A DNA stretch of 64,000 nucleotides from Lytechinus pictus (GCF_037042905.1 NC_087249.1:3968001-4032000), one strand, 5' to 3'; positions 1-15,500 are shown, numbered from the stretch's first letter. The notes: a model not told the origin generated them from the sequence alone. Program-made: numbers and translations.

Positions 1-81
1 GCGCTAGGCCATGGTGGGATTCGAACACACGACCCTCTGATTACAAGGCGAGAGTCAGAACCGCTACACCACGGCGCTTCC
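1..81 (-). mobile_element. tRNA-derived SINE head (same family as 9819-10172), truncated by the window edge
   Basis: Reverse complement closely matches 9819-9900, with A box TGGTGTAGCGG and B box GTTCGAATCC. Confidence 0.8.
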
Positions 82-359
82 AACATGTGATTATCTGTGT
101 CAGGGATTTTTAGCATAGTTATTCAGTGAGCTAATTTTTTATTATTTCACGTTTGACTTGCTGAGATTATCGCAGGAGTCACTTTCAGGTAATCCACCTG
201 AATTGGTGTATTTACAGAATCTAACGGTGAGCTACATGTAAGAACTTGAATACTACTCTCAACACTTCTCCCCATTTTATTCTCAACCCCAAATCCCTAC
301 ATTATCAAAAAAATGAAGACATGAATTATTGTTGCAGGAGCACAAGATGGGTAACCCAC

Positions 360-564
360 CTGAAAGGAGTGTTTGCAGGATCTAGCAGCCCTTTGTATCT
401 GAGTATGGCCGGTCCACTCAGGCCAGTCATGCTGCTACCGCTGGTCTCTGAGATAAAATCAGGAGGCGGTCTGGCAAACAAGTCTAGCTTGCGCACACTG
501 GCCTGCTGCCATTGCTCCATGAGCTTGAGAACAGAATGCAAGATGGCCGATGCCACAGGAAGCT
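360..564 (-). CDS. DMXL2: DMXL exon (205 nt, 1-2): ELPVASAILH...GPAILRYKGLLDPANTPF
   Basis: ttcag| and |gtgggt; the gene continues beyond position 1. Confidence 0.93.
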
Positions 565-3500
565 CTGAATAAGGAGGATAAAGATAAAAAACAAAATGCC
601 ATACAATTAAAATATGTCTATCAGGCCATCTGAGAGGCATTTCATTATCATTTGTTGTCTGACAAGTTGAGAGATCACGGCCCCATGGCATAAAAGTAAC
701 TTTTGCCATCCGATACTATTCAGCAAATCAGAATCAAATATTTCAAGGAAGTTACCATTGGATGGCAAAGTTGCTATAATAGTAACTTTTATGCAACGGG
801 GGACTGAGAAGATTCCTTGGTTTGAATTGGCTGAGAAAGCTATGTGTCCAACTGTTACTATTGTAATGGTCATATAATGACAACCTATCAGTGCTGATTG
901 ACTTTCAGGAAACAATCCCTTTTTTCAACTTTCAGAAAAAGGGATTGTTTCCTGAAAGTCATCGGCAATCCAAGGATTCAGCTATATTTATCAGAGTCAA
1001 CTATTAAATCTGTGCATGCATTTACATGAAATAATGCATTATTTGAAAATACCTTTACTTCACAGCTCTGATCTTGTTGGATGTCTTTTCATTTCCATTT
1101 CACAAAAAAAACTTGATTGAAAATCTGATGATTAGCATCAATGTGATAATTGTAAAATAAATAACTGACTTTGGCAAACTAAGATTAGATTTGAATATAT
1201 ATATACCTGCTAATTCAATACCAGCAATTGGAAGGAATGATTGAATTTTACTGATGACTAGCTTAATCACAGCATAACGCATCAGGCACCAGCTGTAAGA
1301 ATTTGCATCAGAATGTTCTGTTTCTCCTGGCAAAGGAACGTTTCTTTTCCTTCGGGATGCACGAGATGAGAATGGACCGGTGTCATCATAATCATCATCC
1401 ATGTAGGCATCAAGGTCTTCATCATCCGAACTGTCGCTGGCGTTGGAGTCGTAATCAGTTCCTGCCTGGCTGGGTGGAATGTAAGGCTGAACAAAATGGG
1501 TAGATGAGAAAAAGAAAGTCATTTACTAACATAGTAGACTACAATTTCATTGTTTATTAACATGAAGGCAATTGGCGTTGAACTCAGAAAACTCTCATGA
1601 TACAGTCACATCGGTGAAAATGACAACAAAAAGCTATGATGTTATTAGCAATGACATGAATCGATCAGTTTGATATTACTGTAGCATTGATACCAAGATG
1701 TGGGCCCTGTTACTTAAAGCTTAGTGATTGATTATGAGGCTGATTTCTACGACTGATTGCATTGATTATTGTATATGATCAATCGTAGAAATCAACCTCA
1801 TGATCAATAGTTCTGCTTTGTGTTACAGTACTCTGTACTTTTTTCAAACTAAAATAGACAAAGAAGAGCAAGAAATACAAAGGGGAATAGAAGAGAAAGG
1901 GAAAGTGTGGGGATGAAGAAATAATGAAAAACAATAATTCATAGAAGTATAATTCCATAAAATAATAATATATTTGGCACATCTGACCCGCAGTTCCCCA
2001 TTCTTACTTTACCTAATGACCGGCTCAAGTTAGAATCATTTGAGTGCATTATAATATACCAAAACAGCTAGAAATCAAATACACATAAAGGGTGGTCAGA
2101 AATTCATATTTTGTGGAATTGTCCTGAAGAAAGAAGAGAAGATTAAGATGAATGAGAAAAAGTAAGAGGAAGATATAGATGAGGAAAAAGAGAAACAAGA
2201 GGGAGAGAAGATGGAAGAATCAGAAGAAAACTGAAAAAGGCCAACCTTCACTAGAAAATAGTCCCTCAGACTTGTTTCAGGAGGTACGAAGAGTTCCCTT
2301 AGGACTGGTTTGTCATCAGTAGCTGCAGCTGATTTACCTCCTCTGCTGGCTTTTCCCATCAGTCTTAGGGCTAGTCTATCCCTTTGCTTGGCCAGGGCCT
2401 CGTCACCACTTGATGAGCTGTGTGATGCTACAGGATAGCAAGACCAGAACAAATCGTGAATTTCTACAATATGTGCATGAATGGAGACATTCAAACTGAA
2501 CTCAATGAACTGTTTATATTTGTGGATGTGACCTTCTTTAACAAAATAACCCAAAACTAAAATATTGTTTGTCATATTCCTCAACACAGCTTTGAATAAC
2601 TAGCAAATTGGGTTGATTATTAGGCTTTCAAACTTCACAGAATGAAAGGTTTTTACATGTTCAAAAGATTTTGGTAAATTTCATCTTCATCCAATAATCA
2701 CTTCAGCAGAACAGTTGATAGGATGTTGATCTGTTTTTAATTGTGCTGCAGACATCCAAAACTGGTCTAAATGCTTGAGTTAGTCAACTGAGACATGTTT
2801 TCTCCCATATACTTGAAACCTATCTGTCTGACTTCCATACATTTCTAGTTCCATATTAAAGAGATTTCTTCATCAAGATATAGAGAGACATCTACTGTTA
2901 TTCAGATACAAGAAAAGTCAAATTTTGTATTCATTGGTCATTTCACAGTGAAAGTCACAACATAGGTTTGCATGATGAATTAAATAAAAATGACTGTCTT
3001 CTTGAAAGGATAAACGACAGTATACCTCAAAATATCAACAAATATTAGAGAGTAGAAATTTCTTCATTCAAAACAACAAAGATTACAAGTTAACATTACA
3101 GGGAGCAATAAGGATCAAGATCATGTGATATTGACTATTGATAATAAGAGATAATAAACATATGATATCAAAGTATAAACTTAATTTGAAAAAAATGCAT
3201 GAGCTTATAACCAAGATGAAAAAAAAGAAGGATGCCTACCTAGGAGTTTAGCTTGGGCGACCACCTTAGCCCCGCCCCCAAAAACGGAAGCCCATGTCTT
3301 TCCGTTGAGATCATGAGCAACCAGCCTGAAGAGCTCATTTGCATTGTTGTTGGAGAGTGCATGGAGAAGAAGGCTCATGTAGACAGCAATAAGACCCTCA
3401 CAGAGTTGGATGTTCGGGCTAGGTATGTCATCATCTCTCTCACTGGCAAGAAGTGCTTGGTAAGTTGCTACGCCTAATGAGGGAAGTGAAACAAAATTTT

Positions 3501-6500
3501 TAAAACATAACAGGATATGATTTTTTTCTGCTGTAGAGGGTAACATCTCTGACACAAACCTATAGTGTATGGTGTAATTGCCCTTCTGGCATAAGACCGA
3601 TGATGCACATAATTTACATGATATGACAAGCATGAAATTGCTATTTTTAACAGTTCTTCTGTAAAAAAAAAAGAACGATACTGCATGGAAAAACAAAATC
3701 AAGACAATTTTGTTTTCTTTGTATACTAAACCCAACATCAATTTTGCTGGAAATACAGTTCACATCTAATAATACTTTATTCCAGACAGAACAAAATATA
3801 GTCTGCGGATCAGAACCCACATAATGCATAGAAAATACCAATCAACAAAATATGGGTGCATTTTTTTTTCAAATGACAAAAAAAATGGTTTTAAGCTTTT
3901 AAGTACATTCTGATCAATGCCCAACAATAATCAAAATCGAACTACATGTATATGATTAATTCAGTTCAAAAGTCAGATGGTTTTTGTATCCAACTATCAG
4001 ACTTTCTAATAACTTTGTTTATAGCTACTTTGAGGAAAGGGGTGGGAACTTTCACTCATTGTCAGTCTTATACCTGGCCATTTTCCTGGAGGTGAAGTGA
4101 TACTTAGATTATTTTGCTCCTGACTCTGATGTCGACTACGTTTCCTACCAACGCTGACCAGGTGACCAACTCTGAACATCACATGACTCCTACTACCAGG
4201 GGTGTATGCATCCATTCCTGTTTTTAAGCAATGAGGGGTATTAAGAGCTGTATGTAGTTTTGATGTTGATTAGCATAACATATCTGAAGTATACTTTTCC
4301 TCAAAATTAGTACATCTACTCCATATTAAATACATGAAGCTTGATACACTTAACTGAAATTTGATGTAAAAAAACATTCAAATGTAGCTCCAAAGAATGT
4401 AAAAATGAGATTAGACTCATTAGGAAAAAATATCTACTTATTATGATAATAATAAGAATTTATATAGAATTTGGTAATACAATTTCTTATATAAAAAAAA
4501 ATCAAATAATGATCTATGGTACAACAATAGATTCATTAGGCAGATCCATTCTATAAAAACTAAAAGATATAAATGTAAAGCAAAAATTGAGCATAAAACA
4601 TTTTTTCCATTGTATACAAGCCGACATGCATATTGATGGTAAGTGTACTTATTTGCTTGTTTAATTTAAGTCTTTAAGGTTCAAATTGACTTGTACATGT
4701 ATTTTGAGTTGGACTTGGCCTATGATAATGTTCACTGTGGAAGATCTATAAAGTAATATAGTTTTTCTCACCTGTGACCTTTGATTTTCCAATGGATGCA
4801 CTAAATGAATCACTGTCACACAGACTCTGATAGATGCAGGCAGAGAGAGCTGCACTGAGTGCATGTACTACCGATATGATAGGGGAGTGATGGTTGGGCG
4901 AGGGTGGAGCTGTAAAGTCCAAGATAGTTCGAAGGACACTATGGATATGAAGTCTAAGGTAAAGAATGGGATCGGTCACAACCGTTTTGCAGTTTGCGAT
5001 GCTAGCAGACATCAGAGGGAGTGTTGTTGGAATAGGCAAGGGAGATGACAGCTGCTGGACAATGCGCTCCTGCTGGAGCTCCTGGACGAGGAGAACTAAT
5101 TCCATGGCAACGGATGCCAGCCCACCTCCATTGGCACCATACAACATGGTGTAACTGACAAGTGTCCGCAAGAGGTGATGATTGTCACGCAGCCATCGTT
5201 TCCGCCGGACGGCCCTCTGCCTCTTTTCTTCCAGATCTAACCGCTTTGCCTGCAGCTGTTCATAGAGGGTTCCTTGACCACCATCTGTCTCACCACCGTC
5301 CTGCTCATCCATATCATCATCTTCAACAATGTTCTTGGTTGTGACAGGACTGCCATAATTACACAGTTGCTGTAGCGTCTCTACCTGCTGCTCTAACCAG
5401 ATGTAGAGCTGGTAGCGAAGCTGACCACCATCTACCTCAAAGCCAGTGGCAAGTGTCCTTAGCTCCTCCATCATGATCTTCAGACAGCAGATGAACTTGA
5501 GCTGCTGAGCTATGATGTCAATTCCACTTTCATTATCATCACTGACCACTGAACTCTCATTCTTACTACTTGTACTATCATCGGTACCATTCATTAGAGT
5601 GCCATTGTTAGTATCATCAGAGGAACTTGATTTCTTCTGCTCCAGTTTTTTGTCCTTCTCATCTCCTTCATCATCATCGTCATCTCCACCCCAATCGAGA
5701 GTGAGATCTTCCTCTTCTAACCTACCCCCTACTGGTGCACCCCAGTCCATTTCTAACCCTGAATCACTCTTATGTCCATTGGTCAATTGACTACTGACCG
5801 GTGCACCCCAGTCCATACCCATCCCACTGTCCTTTGAGGAGGAACCGGTATAGCTGGCACTTGAGAACCCTGTATCGATGGTTCCTGTTGATATCATGTT
5901 GCTACTTGGAAGGCTATCTACACTCTTGCTCTCAACCATCTTATTATCGTCTTCTTTTGTTTTAGTCCTGACTTTAGGGATCTTTGCTAAGACATCTAAT
6001 GCTAACAGAGGACACCCTGCGGAAAGGTGAGCATGAGCTGTGGTGAAGAACAATGTCCTCTCCTCTGGAGTGATCTCATCCTTGACCAGTTGGTCACCTC
6101 CTGCAGTCTTTCCAAACCCACCAACGCTTGCACCAGAAATCAACAACCCTGCTCCTTGGCTTCCTTTGCTAGCATCTGCTAGCTGCCGGCGCAACAGGAG
6201 AGGATGTGTCCTCAGATAGTTGTAGAAATTGAAGACATCTGGATTGGCCCTCTCTCCTTTATGATCTTCATGATCCTCTGTAGCTTGACCATTGGGTAGG
6301 TTGTTCTTAGGACCATTCTTCTCCTGAGTGGAAGACTGCAACAAGGTCTTCAAAGAGGCAGGATAGTCCTTGAGCATCCAGAAGGCTATGCTCCTCAAGA
6401 AAGGATCAGGATGAGGTTGATTTTGGACCAGCTTTTCACCCTTCTCATCTTGAGCAAGTATCTATTAGGAAAAAAAATACAAGTGAGTGTATTTACGGAA

Positions 6501-9500
6501 CCTTCTCAAAAACTACAATTAGGTCATACAAAGACAGGCTTACATTGAAAATTGATCATACAAAGAAAATTACATGTGAGATTAATAACAGGAAATTAAA
6601 TTGCTGAATAAATGTACATACAAAAATAAATGGAAATCCGAAACATACATCATTGAATCAGATACATTAGTATGAATTTGAATAGGCATATTACATTATG
6701 AGTAGCAACTCTATAGTCCGGCAGCCCAGGAGGTTTATTCAACCGAAAGCCGGACAAGCAAATGACCCCATAGCTGGATGGCATGGACCCTGAAGTTTAC
6801 AAAAATGCATTGCTGCCGGGTTCTATCCGTGGTCTTCCCTCCGAAATGACGTAATATATGACGTCACTACAAAATGGCCCTATTTCACCATTTTTTTGAC
6901 ATTCTACACATAGCATGAAGTCAAGGGGAAATATCTCAGCCAAACCATGCTTGTTTTGTATGAAACTTTCAAAATATATTGTTCAAATAGTGCACAAGAA
7001 ATATGCAAAATTTCACGAACAGAAACTATTGTTTACATATGCAAATTACGTAATAAAATTTGCATATCATTAGTTTGGGAGATTTCTTGCTTCAAAAATT
7101 GTCGAAAATCGATTCAGAAATTTATTTTCTTTATTAGTGTACTTTATTTGATATATTTCCTCTCAAGCATAATATCATTCTCTTCATCTATATCTCTACT
7201 TTTAGAAAATATATGCCAGTAATTGGAAATGACATTATAGACTGTGATTTCAGCCCCCTTTTCAATATGATGCGCACATAGAAATCGTGCGTTTTGGGCC
7301 TATTTTCACCATATAGCTGAGGTGTGCGAACAATATGCCTACTGTATTGATGTTTCCTGCATTTTGCATGATATTAAATCTTCCAAACAACATATTTTCA
7401 TCTTCATTATGTCTCTGCTGATAAATAAATTATTTCAGCAAAGATTGATTGCCCACTGGGCAGTCTATAGGCTTCGTTTTCAGCCTAGTTTTCAACAATG
7501 AACCTATACCATGTATGACTGCGTTATATAGACGAGTCGGCAATGGGAGTTCCTTTGCACCATCATACTATGCATTTTTGTAAACTTCAGGGTCCATGCC
7601 ATCCAGCTATGGGGTCATTTGCTTGTCCGGCTTTCGGTTGAATAAACCTCCTGGGCTGCCGGACTACTAGGTAGTGCTAAGGAATATTTGGACATCACTG
7701 ATCAAGTATAATATGAAAGTACAAGAAATAAAACGGAAAAAGACTGGACCAGGTCCCCCAAAAGGAAAACAAATTTTTGTCATAAACAACTTTACTTTGT
7801 ATCTGAGTATCTCCTTCTGCTTGGCTGGCATCTCTTCATCCTCATATAGCCTGGTAACCACCATGGCCAACTGCACATCCTCAAGGTTGTTCATACAGAC
7901 CTCTACAGCATCCTTGAGGGACCCGGCAAGGAGGAAGAAGGCCGCTGCATGCTCAAAACGCTGTCGACCAAGCAGGGCAAAGGCATTCTTCAGGGCTGCC
8001 TTGCGCCAGCGATCAGTGTTGAAGTCATTTCGGAAGAACGTTGTCATACGTTGATCTTTGATGGACCTAAAGAATGGGAAAACAATAATTTAAAGTTTAA
8101 ACTACTAGTATTACAGACAGCGATCATTGGCACACCTGTAAAAGGAGAAAATGTCATAAATATATTTCATATTAAAAGTTAAAGATGTTTCTTATAAAAA
8201 AATCTTTAGAAATTAAAAGAATTTAGAAACGATAAAACATCACTCTGTACATCTATGTCCCAAAGTATTTTGCGATGGGTAATCATGGAACTGCATCAAA
8301 TCCTATTTCATAATCCAAGTAAGTAGTTGTATAATGTCCTTAGCTGAGATACTGGTCATTCTGTATCTATTCCATTCACTAATCCCAAGCAAGTTGAATA
8401 TGGCTGCAGTTAGACCAATTAACACCTCTCCTAATCCTATTCTCTTATCCCAAGAAAGTGAGTGAATATTGCCACAGTTAGACCAATTAACACCTCTCCT
8501 AATCCTATTCACTAATCCCAAGCAAGTGAGAGACTAAGGCCTCAGTTTGACCAATTAACAGCTCTCCTAATCCTATTCACTAATCCCAAGAAAGAGAGTG
8601 AATATGGCCACAGTTGAACCTATTAACACCTCTCTTTAACCTATTCATTAATCCCAAGCAAGTGAGTTAATATGGCCACAGTTGGACCATTCTATGCCTC
8701 TCCTAATCACATATACTAATCCCAGTGTGTGGATGAAAGAGATCAGGATCCGTCTGATTAAAAACGGTCATAATCTCATTCAATTATCCCATGCAAGTGT
8801 GTGAATGTGCCTGAGCTGGGTACATTAAGCAACCTCCTAATTCAAAAATCATAACACCAAGTAAAAAATAGTTGCTGATTGAAACACCTCTGCTTAGCAG
8901 ACTTTTCAATCAAACACTAGTCAGATAATTTGTTGGTAAAATTCAGTCCAATACTTCACAATAAGCAAGTTAGACAAGAGATTGAATCACTCAATCTTCT
9001 GAATTTCCAATTGAAGAGCAGTGATAATATGGAGCACTTTTCCTTTGCTCAATGTATTTGAGTTACGAACAGGGACTTCATTGCTCACCTGAATAATCCC
9101 CAGAGAACATTCTTCTTCTTCATGGCTAAGTAGAAGAGCGCTGAATCCAATGGATTCTTCTCTGCCTGAAACTGTGACTTGGCAACCTGTATGATGATAA
9201 TATGATGAGTTAAATTGCATTTCAAAAGCCTAACACTGTGTTTATAGCCATTTAATGTAGCAGTGACATGCCCATTAGGTTAAAAGGGAATCCAACCTTT
9301 GAAACAAACTGAATGGAAAAAGTTTGAAAGAAATTTGATATGGGCAGTCATACCTTTTCTATGCATCTTCTGAGCGTGGTGTTGTTTCTGACCCACCAGC
9401 CTACGCCCACTGATCGAAGCTCCGTCCATGTAGGTTTACCCTTCTGAATACCTGGGATGAGGGACAGGAGTTCTTCTTCTGCCTCTGAGTGAAATGCCCA

Positions 9501-12500
9501 TGCAAAGTGACAGCTCCCAATACCCTGGTGTTTCAGTTGTACCTAGAAATTTAAGATATAAAATAATAATTTACATTGGTTATCAAGTTATCCTCATGTA
9601 CACCAGCAAATAAAGGTCATGAGGATTAGTGGATAACAGGACTTTGAACCACTAGGTCCATGGTTCAAATATCACCGCAATACCCCTGTTATAAGTGTTT
9701 TTCTACCGTAGGTTCTCTTCACCCAGGTATAGAAGAAAAATGTATCTTATGAAGATTTCTATAAAGAAGAAGAGTGTAGTGGTTTGATGGTAAACCATGT
9801 ATTCGTTTGTGCGCATATGGAAGAGCCGTGGTGTAGTGGTTCTGACTCTCGCCTTGTAAACAGAGGGTTGTGTGTTCGAATCCCACTGCGGTCTAGCATC
9901 CTTTGGCAAGGGATTAATCCACACTTTGCCATTCTCGACCCAGGCGCTAAATGGGTACCCGGTAGGGTGCGAAAGATTTTGTATGTTTGATTTAGCCAGC
10001 GCCATAATGAGGCTGCGATGAATGCAAGGAATGCCCCCCAGGGAGTGGAAATTGTGCACTTTTCGTGCGGGATTGAAATGAATCCATGACCGGGGTAATA
10101 ATATGCTGTAACGCGCTTTGAGCCATTCTGGGTAAAGCGCTTTATAAAAATTGGCTATTATTATTATTATTATATGTACTAGATTACCAGATTAGTAACT
10201 GGCAAGAAGAAATTCAATGTAGGCTCAAGTGCCTAATCGGGGTAGACATGTGTGTCTGTATAAATCAACTCACCTGTTGATGTCTTGGGAGAGATTTGGT
10301 GAGACAGATGTGGAACCTCATTGCAAGCAAGAATCTAAGTCCACATTCATCTAGAGTTTCACCTACAGAGAGTCAGACAAAAACATTTTTGTTTGTATAT
10401 TCATCTCGTCAAGTGCATTCATCCTTCTTTTCGCATTATCCATCACATTCACAAGCTGTTATCACAACAAATTTGGCTAAGCTTTCATGAAATGGCCATG
10501 AGAATCAATCTTGTCTTTGTAGAATCAGGATATTATTAAAATTCAAACCCTCACAAACATTTCAGTGTACTTACTTTTACGATGCATTTTTGCCAACTTA
10601 TGTGACAGCCAGGGTTTTCAATTCTTTGTTACTTTGAATAAGATGACCTAAATACATGTACATTGCATTACGATCAAAACAATGGTGATGATGATATTCA
10701 TCATTTCCCATCAGAATTGTTAATAGTTGCAATTCATTGCAAACTTTAAAGTTAAGGAGTCCAGATTAAACAACTAACCTGCATGAGATGAATCTGAATC
10801 ATCAACTGTTGCATAACCCGCTCCTTCTCTGGCTATCACAGTACCTGGAACATGAAAGGAAATAGAACAATGGGTTTGCTGAAAAAAATTGTACATGTGT
10901 AGCATACTGATTTACAAATGATACTTCAATATCTACTTATTGAACCATAAATATCTGTATAAAAATATATTTATTGGTGAAAAACTTGTACTATGATCAT
11001 ATTACAAATATTTGCAGCATGTACGCATGGATACACTGAGGTATCTGATAATTGTAAAGCTATTTTTCTCACCTGCACTTCCTCCACTATGTGGTGTAAT
11101 CTCTGTCTTGGTAGAAGCAATAGTATCAGCAAGAGCTAGAAGATGCATCTGATCCAGAGAGGATAAACCTGGTAGATGCATATGAGTCAGATAGTTGGTA
11201 AGTAGCTGGGCTTGTCCTACAGTGAAGTATGTAGGGTCTTTGAGTTTACTGGCCAATGATGCTGCACCATCTTGAGGTGATCTAAGTTCACCTTCTGCAT
11301 CAAGAGAAGATGGAAATGCCTCTAAGCTGGTCGAAAAGAGCTGGGTGTAGTCCTGAGCATCTACTGTAGTGATTTCATCTGGTGGACTAAGAATGCTGGT
11401 TGTTCGAGTTGCCCTATTGACAGCAGGAGCGGTTGTGACGGTGACAGGTGTGTCTGCTGATGTGAGACGGTAGAGTGGAAGAGGTGGTACTGATACAAGT
11501 TCTATGTAGTCTAGCTTGGGACCACTGTCATCAAGGACAGAGGATTCAACTGGACTGTGTGCCACTGAAAGTGTTCGCAAGCTACGTCGAAACTTTGCTT
11601 CCTCATCATCCTGGTCTCTGTCTTGTGTGACACTAGCCAGGAGGGACTGCTTGACTGCATCCTCTCCAGCGATGCAGTTAACCAGATGAACCAGGATGGC
11701 CTTGACTCTTCGAATCTTCCCACTGCTCATCAAACCCATGAGTTGTTTAGGATGGTACTGTGGAAGAACAGGACATGTGGAGTACGATATTTCAAAGAGT
11801 CCAAAGTCTTGCTTGATATCATCTTTGTCATCCTCCTGCTCTTGGATAGAAGACATCATTGCTGACTCTCGGAGGAGCTCAGACATGTCATTGTAAGATT
11901 TCTCTCTGTCTGTTCTTGACATAGGGATTGTCTGGAGATTAACAGACAAACTGGAATTTGTGCTCTTCTGAGAGACAAGTGTGTCTGTTGTGCTTGGAAC
12001 TGGTCTTCTATACTTTCGTCTCCTGGATCTCCAATTTTCCTCTCTCCACTGACTATACACATGCATCTCATTCTGCAAGCCGACGACAAGAATTCCTGCT
12101 CTCACCCAAGAGAGCATCTTGGAATGTGGTGCAATTCCATCAACTGAACTCAAGTTGACTGTTCTAAGTGGTAGCCACCTTAAGCTGGTGGTTTCCCCCA
12201 TGGTTGCCACTCGTTGGAGACCTGTTTGCTGTGTTATGATATCATCAGGTATGCCATTAGCTCCTGCTTCTACAAATTCTGTTGAAACAGGAGCAAAGAC
12301 AACAACTTTGGACCCCATGCCAACAGTGAGAATATGAGTGCCATCCTCTTTGGATACCCAAGAGAGCTGTACTGGGAGTCCAGCATCATCATACTGTGAC
12401 TGTTTGGCTTTGAGGATGCTGCGCTTGCGTTGCGTCAGGACAGCTGGTAGGTTCTCAGGAGATGGGGGACTGCCACAACTTGAGTTTGGAGATGGTGAGA

Positions 12501-15500
12501 TGTGGAGGAAGTCATTCACCTTTGAGCTTCGCTTCATTGTCTTGTAGTTGATCACCTCTGATTCTGGAACTTCATCATCTTCCTGTCGCATCCAAGCTTT
12601 GAGGTCGAGCATCCCAAGGTCAATCGCTTCTTCAATCATCCATTCTGATCCTCCAGTAGACTCACACTCATATATAGCCAACTTCAACGGAATCAGGTCC
12701 GTATTGTGGTGTTCATGGTGTGGATTTGTCCTGAAAATGCAAGCAATGCGTCCATTGTAGGCAGAGCTCAGTGCAACTGGTAAACCTGCAACACCAAGAG
12801 AACTATCGGTCTCAACCTGTACAAGCAGCTTCCACTCCTCCCAACTATAATCAGCTCTTGTGAAATCATCTTCTTTGGACGGATCAATTTCCCCTGGCAA
12901 ATCCTCACCGTGATCAAAACTGCTTTGGGAACCATCACCTGATGACATATTGCACGTCCAGAAGCGCAGTTTGCCATCTGAACAAGCTGTTGCAAAGAGG
13001 TAGGGTGCAACACAAGCTGGGTAAATGCTGGAGGAACTAAGATGACCTGCTGCTGGAGTCGCACTGACAACTTCAACCCCAACAGGAAGATCTAGCTTCT
13101 GACTGCACACCTTCCGGGAGAATGTTTTTATCTTGCTGGAAACTTGATTGGTACTCTTCTCAGAGTCATACTGATTGGATGCTTCTCCATCTGAGAAATC
13201 ACTGGAAGAATCATCTGGAATATCATCATCTAGCTGGGATTCCTCATCAGACTCTAGGCCATCACATGGAACTGGAGGAAACAGAAATAATACACCAATG
13301 ATTACGTGTACTTGCAAAATTTAAAAACATTTCGAGGACATATTCATCTCTTCATCGAAAGACAAAATGAACAGGGAACCACTGACAATGATCAGTTGTG
13401 ATAGATCCAGAGTCCATTCATGTATTTCAAGGTGGGACATGGTATGTCGTATTATAAGATTTCTGGCAATCAACTGCAGTTGCCTTATAATTTCTTTTTA
13501 TGTATCATGTATCAATACTGTATATAATTTACTTGAAATTAAACATATTGTCAACTAAACCTTGGACATGACCACTTATTCATGACATTTCATGAAAGCA
13601 AGGAGACAGCTACATGTATGTATAACAAATATTTTATTCATATGAACTGGATAAGGGTACAGAACAAATCTGTAGAAGGCAAATTCAAAATAAAGTCCCC
13701 TCTTGGATCTGCTGTGTCTTCAGAAGAATGGGGGAAATAATGAAGGTGAAAGGAGGGGGGGGGGGGGGGGGGGAGGAATCCCAATATGTAACTTGCCTCT
13801 GACTTTTCTAAGGTTAACACACTCCTCAGAGAGCAGACTCACCTCCACCCTTGGACACGTCCCTCTCCAGCCGAACGTACCACATATGTACCATGGACTC
13901 CCCTGTCAGTTTCCTCTCCACAACCACCAGGAAGAAGCGCTCCTCAAAGAGACTGGTGTGTAGAGGTGAGGAGCTGGTACTGCCTAGTCGGTGACTGGAC
14001 CGTGACTGATGGATCTTGCTGTCTGGACCTGAGATGAACTGCTGCTGGTAAACATGCATCAACTGTACATTCTGCCAATTCTGTGGAGGGGGGAAGAACC
14101 AAGGTATAATAAACAGGAAACTGTGCAATACGAAAATGAAAGTATTGCATGAAATGATGCATGACTTAAAAGTACAGTGCCCAGTACCTTAGAAAAAAAT
14201 CAATGCTACATGCGCATTTGGTTCAAAATACTGACCAGGAACCAATAAGAAGTGTTCTTTCATACTTGCTATTCATTGCTAAGCTTTGTGTTACAGAACT
14301 CTGAACTGATAAGGGGGGAGCATCTAGTTGAATCCATGTCTAGAGATCATATGTAGCAAATATTCAGTCAGTGATTTTTAAAGACAACTCTTATAAGCCA
14401 CTGAAATCCTTACATCATACTGGCATAGAGTAAATTAATCAGTAAACCACTGAAACAAGTGGAGCGGCTCTGGCAGTCTCGACCGCATTACGCAATTCAA
14501 TATAGCAGCAGTGCTTACTCTGAAAACTACTATTAAACTAGGGCAGGATGTAATACTTGTTTAGCCTTATGTCGAAGTTTCATGAACTAGGTCTGTATAC
14601 TTTCTAAGTTTATGCTGTCATTTCAAAAACTTAACCTTCGGTTAAGATATGATGTTGACGCCGCCTATAGTCTCGCTCTGCTATGCAGGCGATACAAAAA
14701 CTATTTGTAAAATGAATGCTCTGCACATTATTGGTTTAGAATCCTACCTGTTTGGCATCATTGAGTGTGTCCAGCTCAATGATACATCCTGGTCTAGATG
14801 TAGACTGAAGACTGATGACCTGAGGACACTTCTGACCTTTCTTCTCGTCATCGTCTTCACTGTTTTCATCTGTGTTCTGGAGCAGGAATGCTGTGACTGG
14901 AGAGCTACTACTCAGATATCCCTGGAAAGGAAATGCAATAAATGTGAAAGAAAACCTTGTGAATTGCAAAAATTTATTCATAAACTTTGTTACAATTTTG
15001 TGCAAATCTTACATATCAAGTTATCCCTTGTTTAATGTGCTGCAAATGAATTGAAAATAAAAACATGATTGCAAAATCTTCACTTATCATTAATTTTTCT
15101 ACAATAAGAAAATTATTGGTTTAGAAAATGTACAAAGTCAAAAGAAATTTTGAAATGAAATGATGGTGTAATCATTGGCTCTGTCCAAGTTGCAAAGATA
15201 CCTGTAGGTTCTAATGCTACATGTATAATCACACCAACCATTCTGTATGTTATTGGAAATTAAGTTGGTCTGGACTCAGTTTTGCAGATGTGAGTGTGGC
15301 ATGACACTAACCTCAAGTTGATTGCTGCTAGGAGTTATTTCATTAAGCAGTGAGCGAGCATCGATGACTGCCTGGAACAACCGAAGACTGTAACCATCGG
15401 ATGCTATGAAGCATGCACTGGGAGAGTTGGAGATGGGTCCCAAGCAAGAGCTTGGTAGAAGGCTGGGCATCCAAGCAACGTGGGAGAAGGCAGACACAAA

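Noticed and set aside
9819-9900. tRNA gene calls here and at 1-81, 54364 and 59803
   Set aside because: Imperfect cloverleaf stems, continuing into SINE bodies and tails; these are SINE heads
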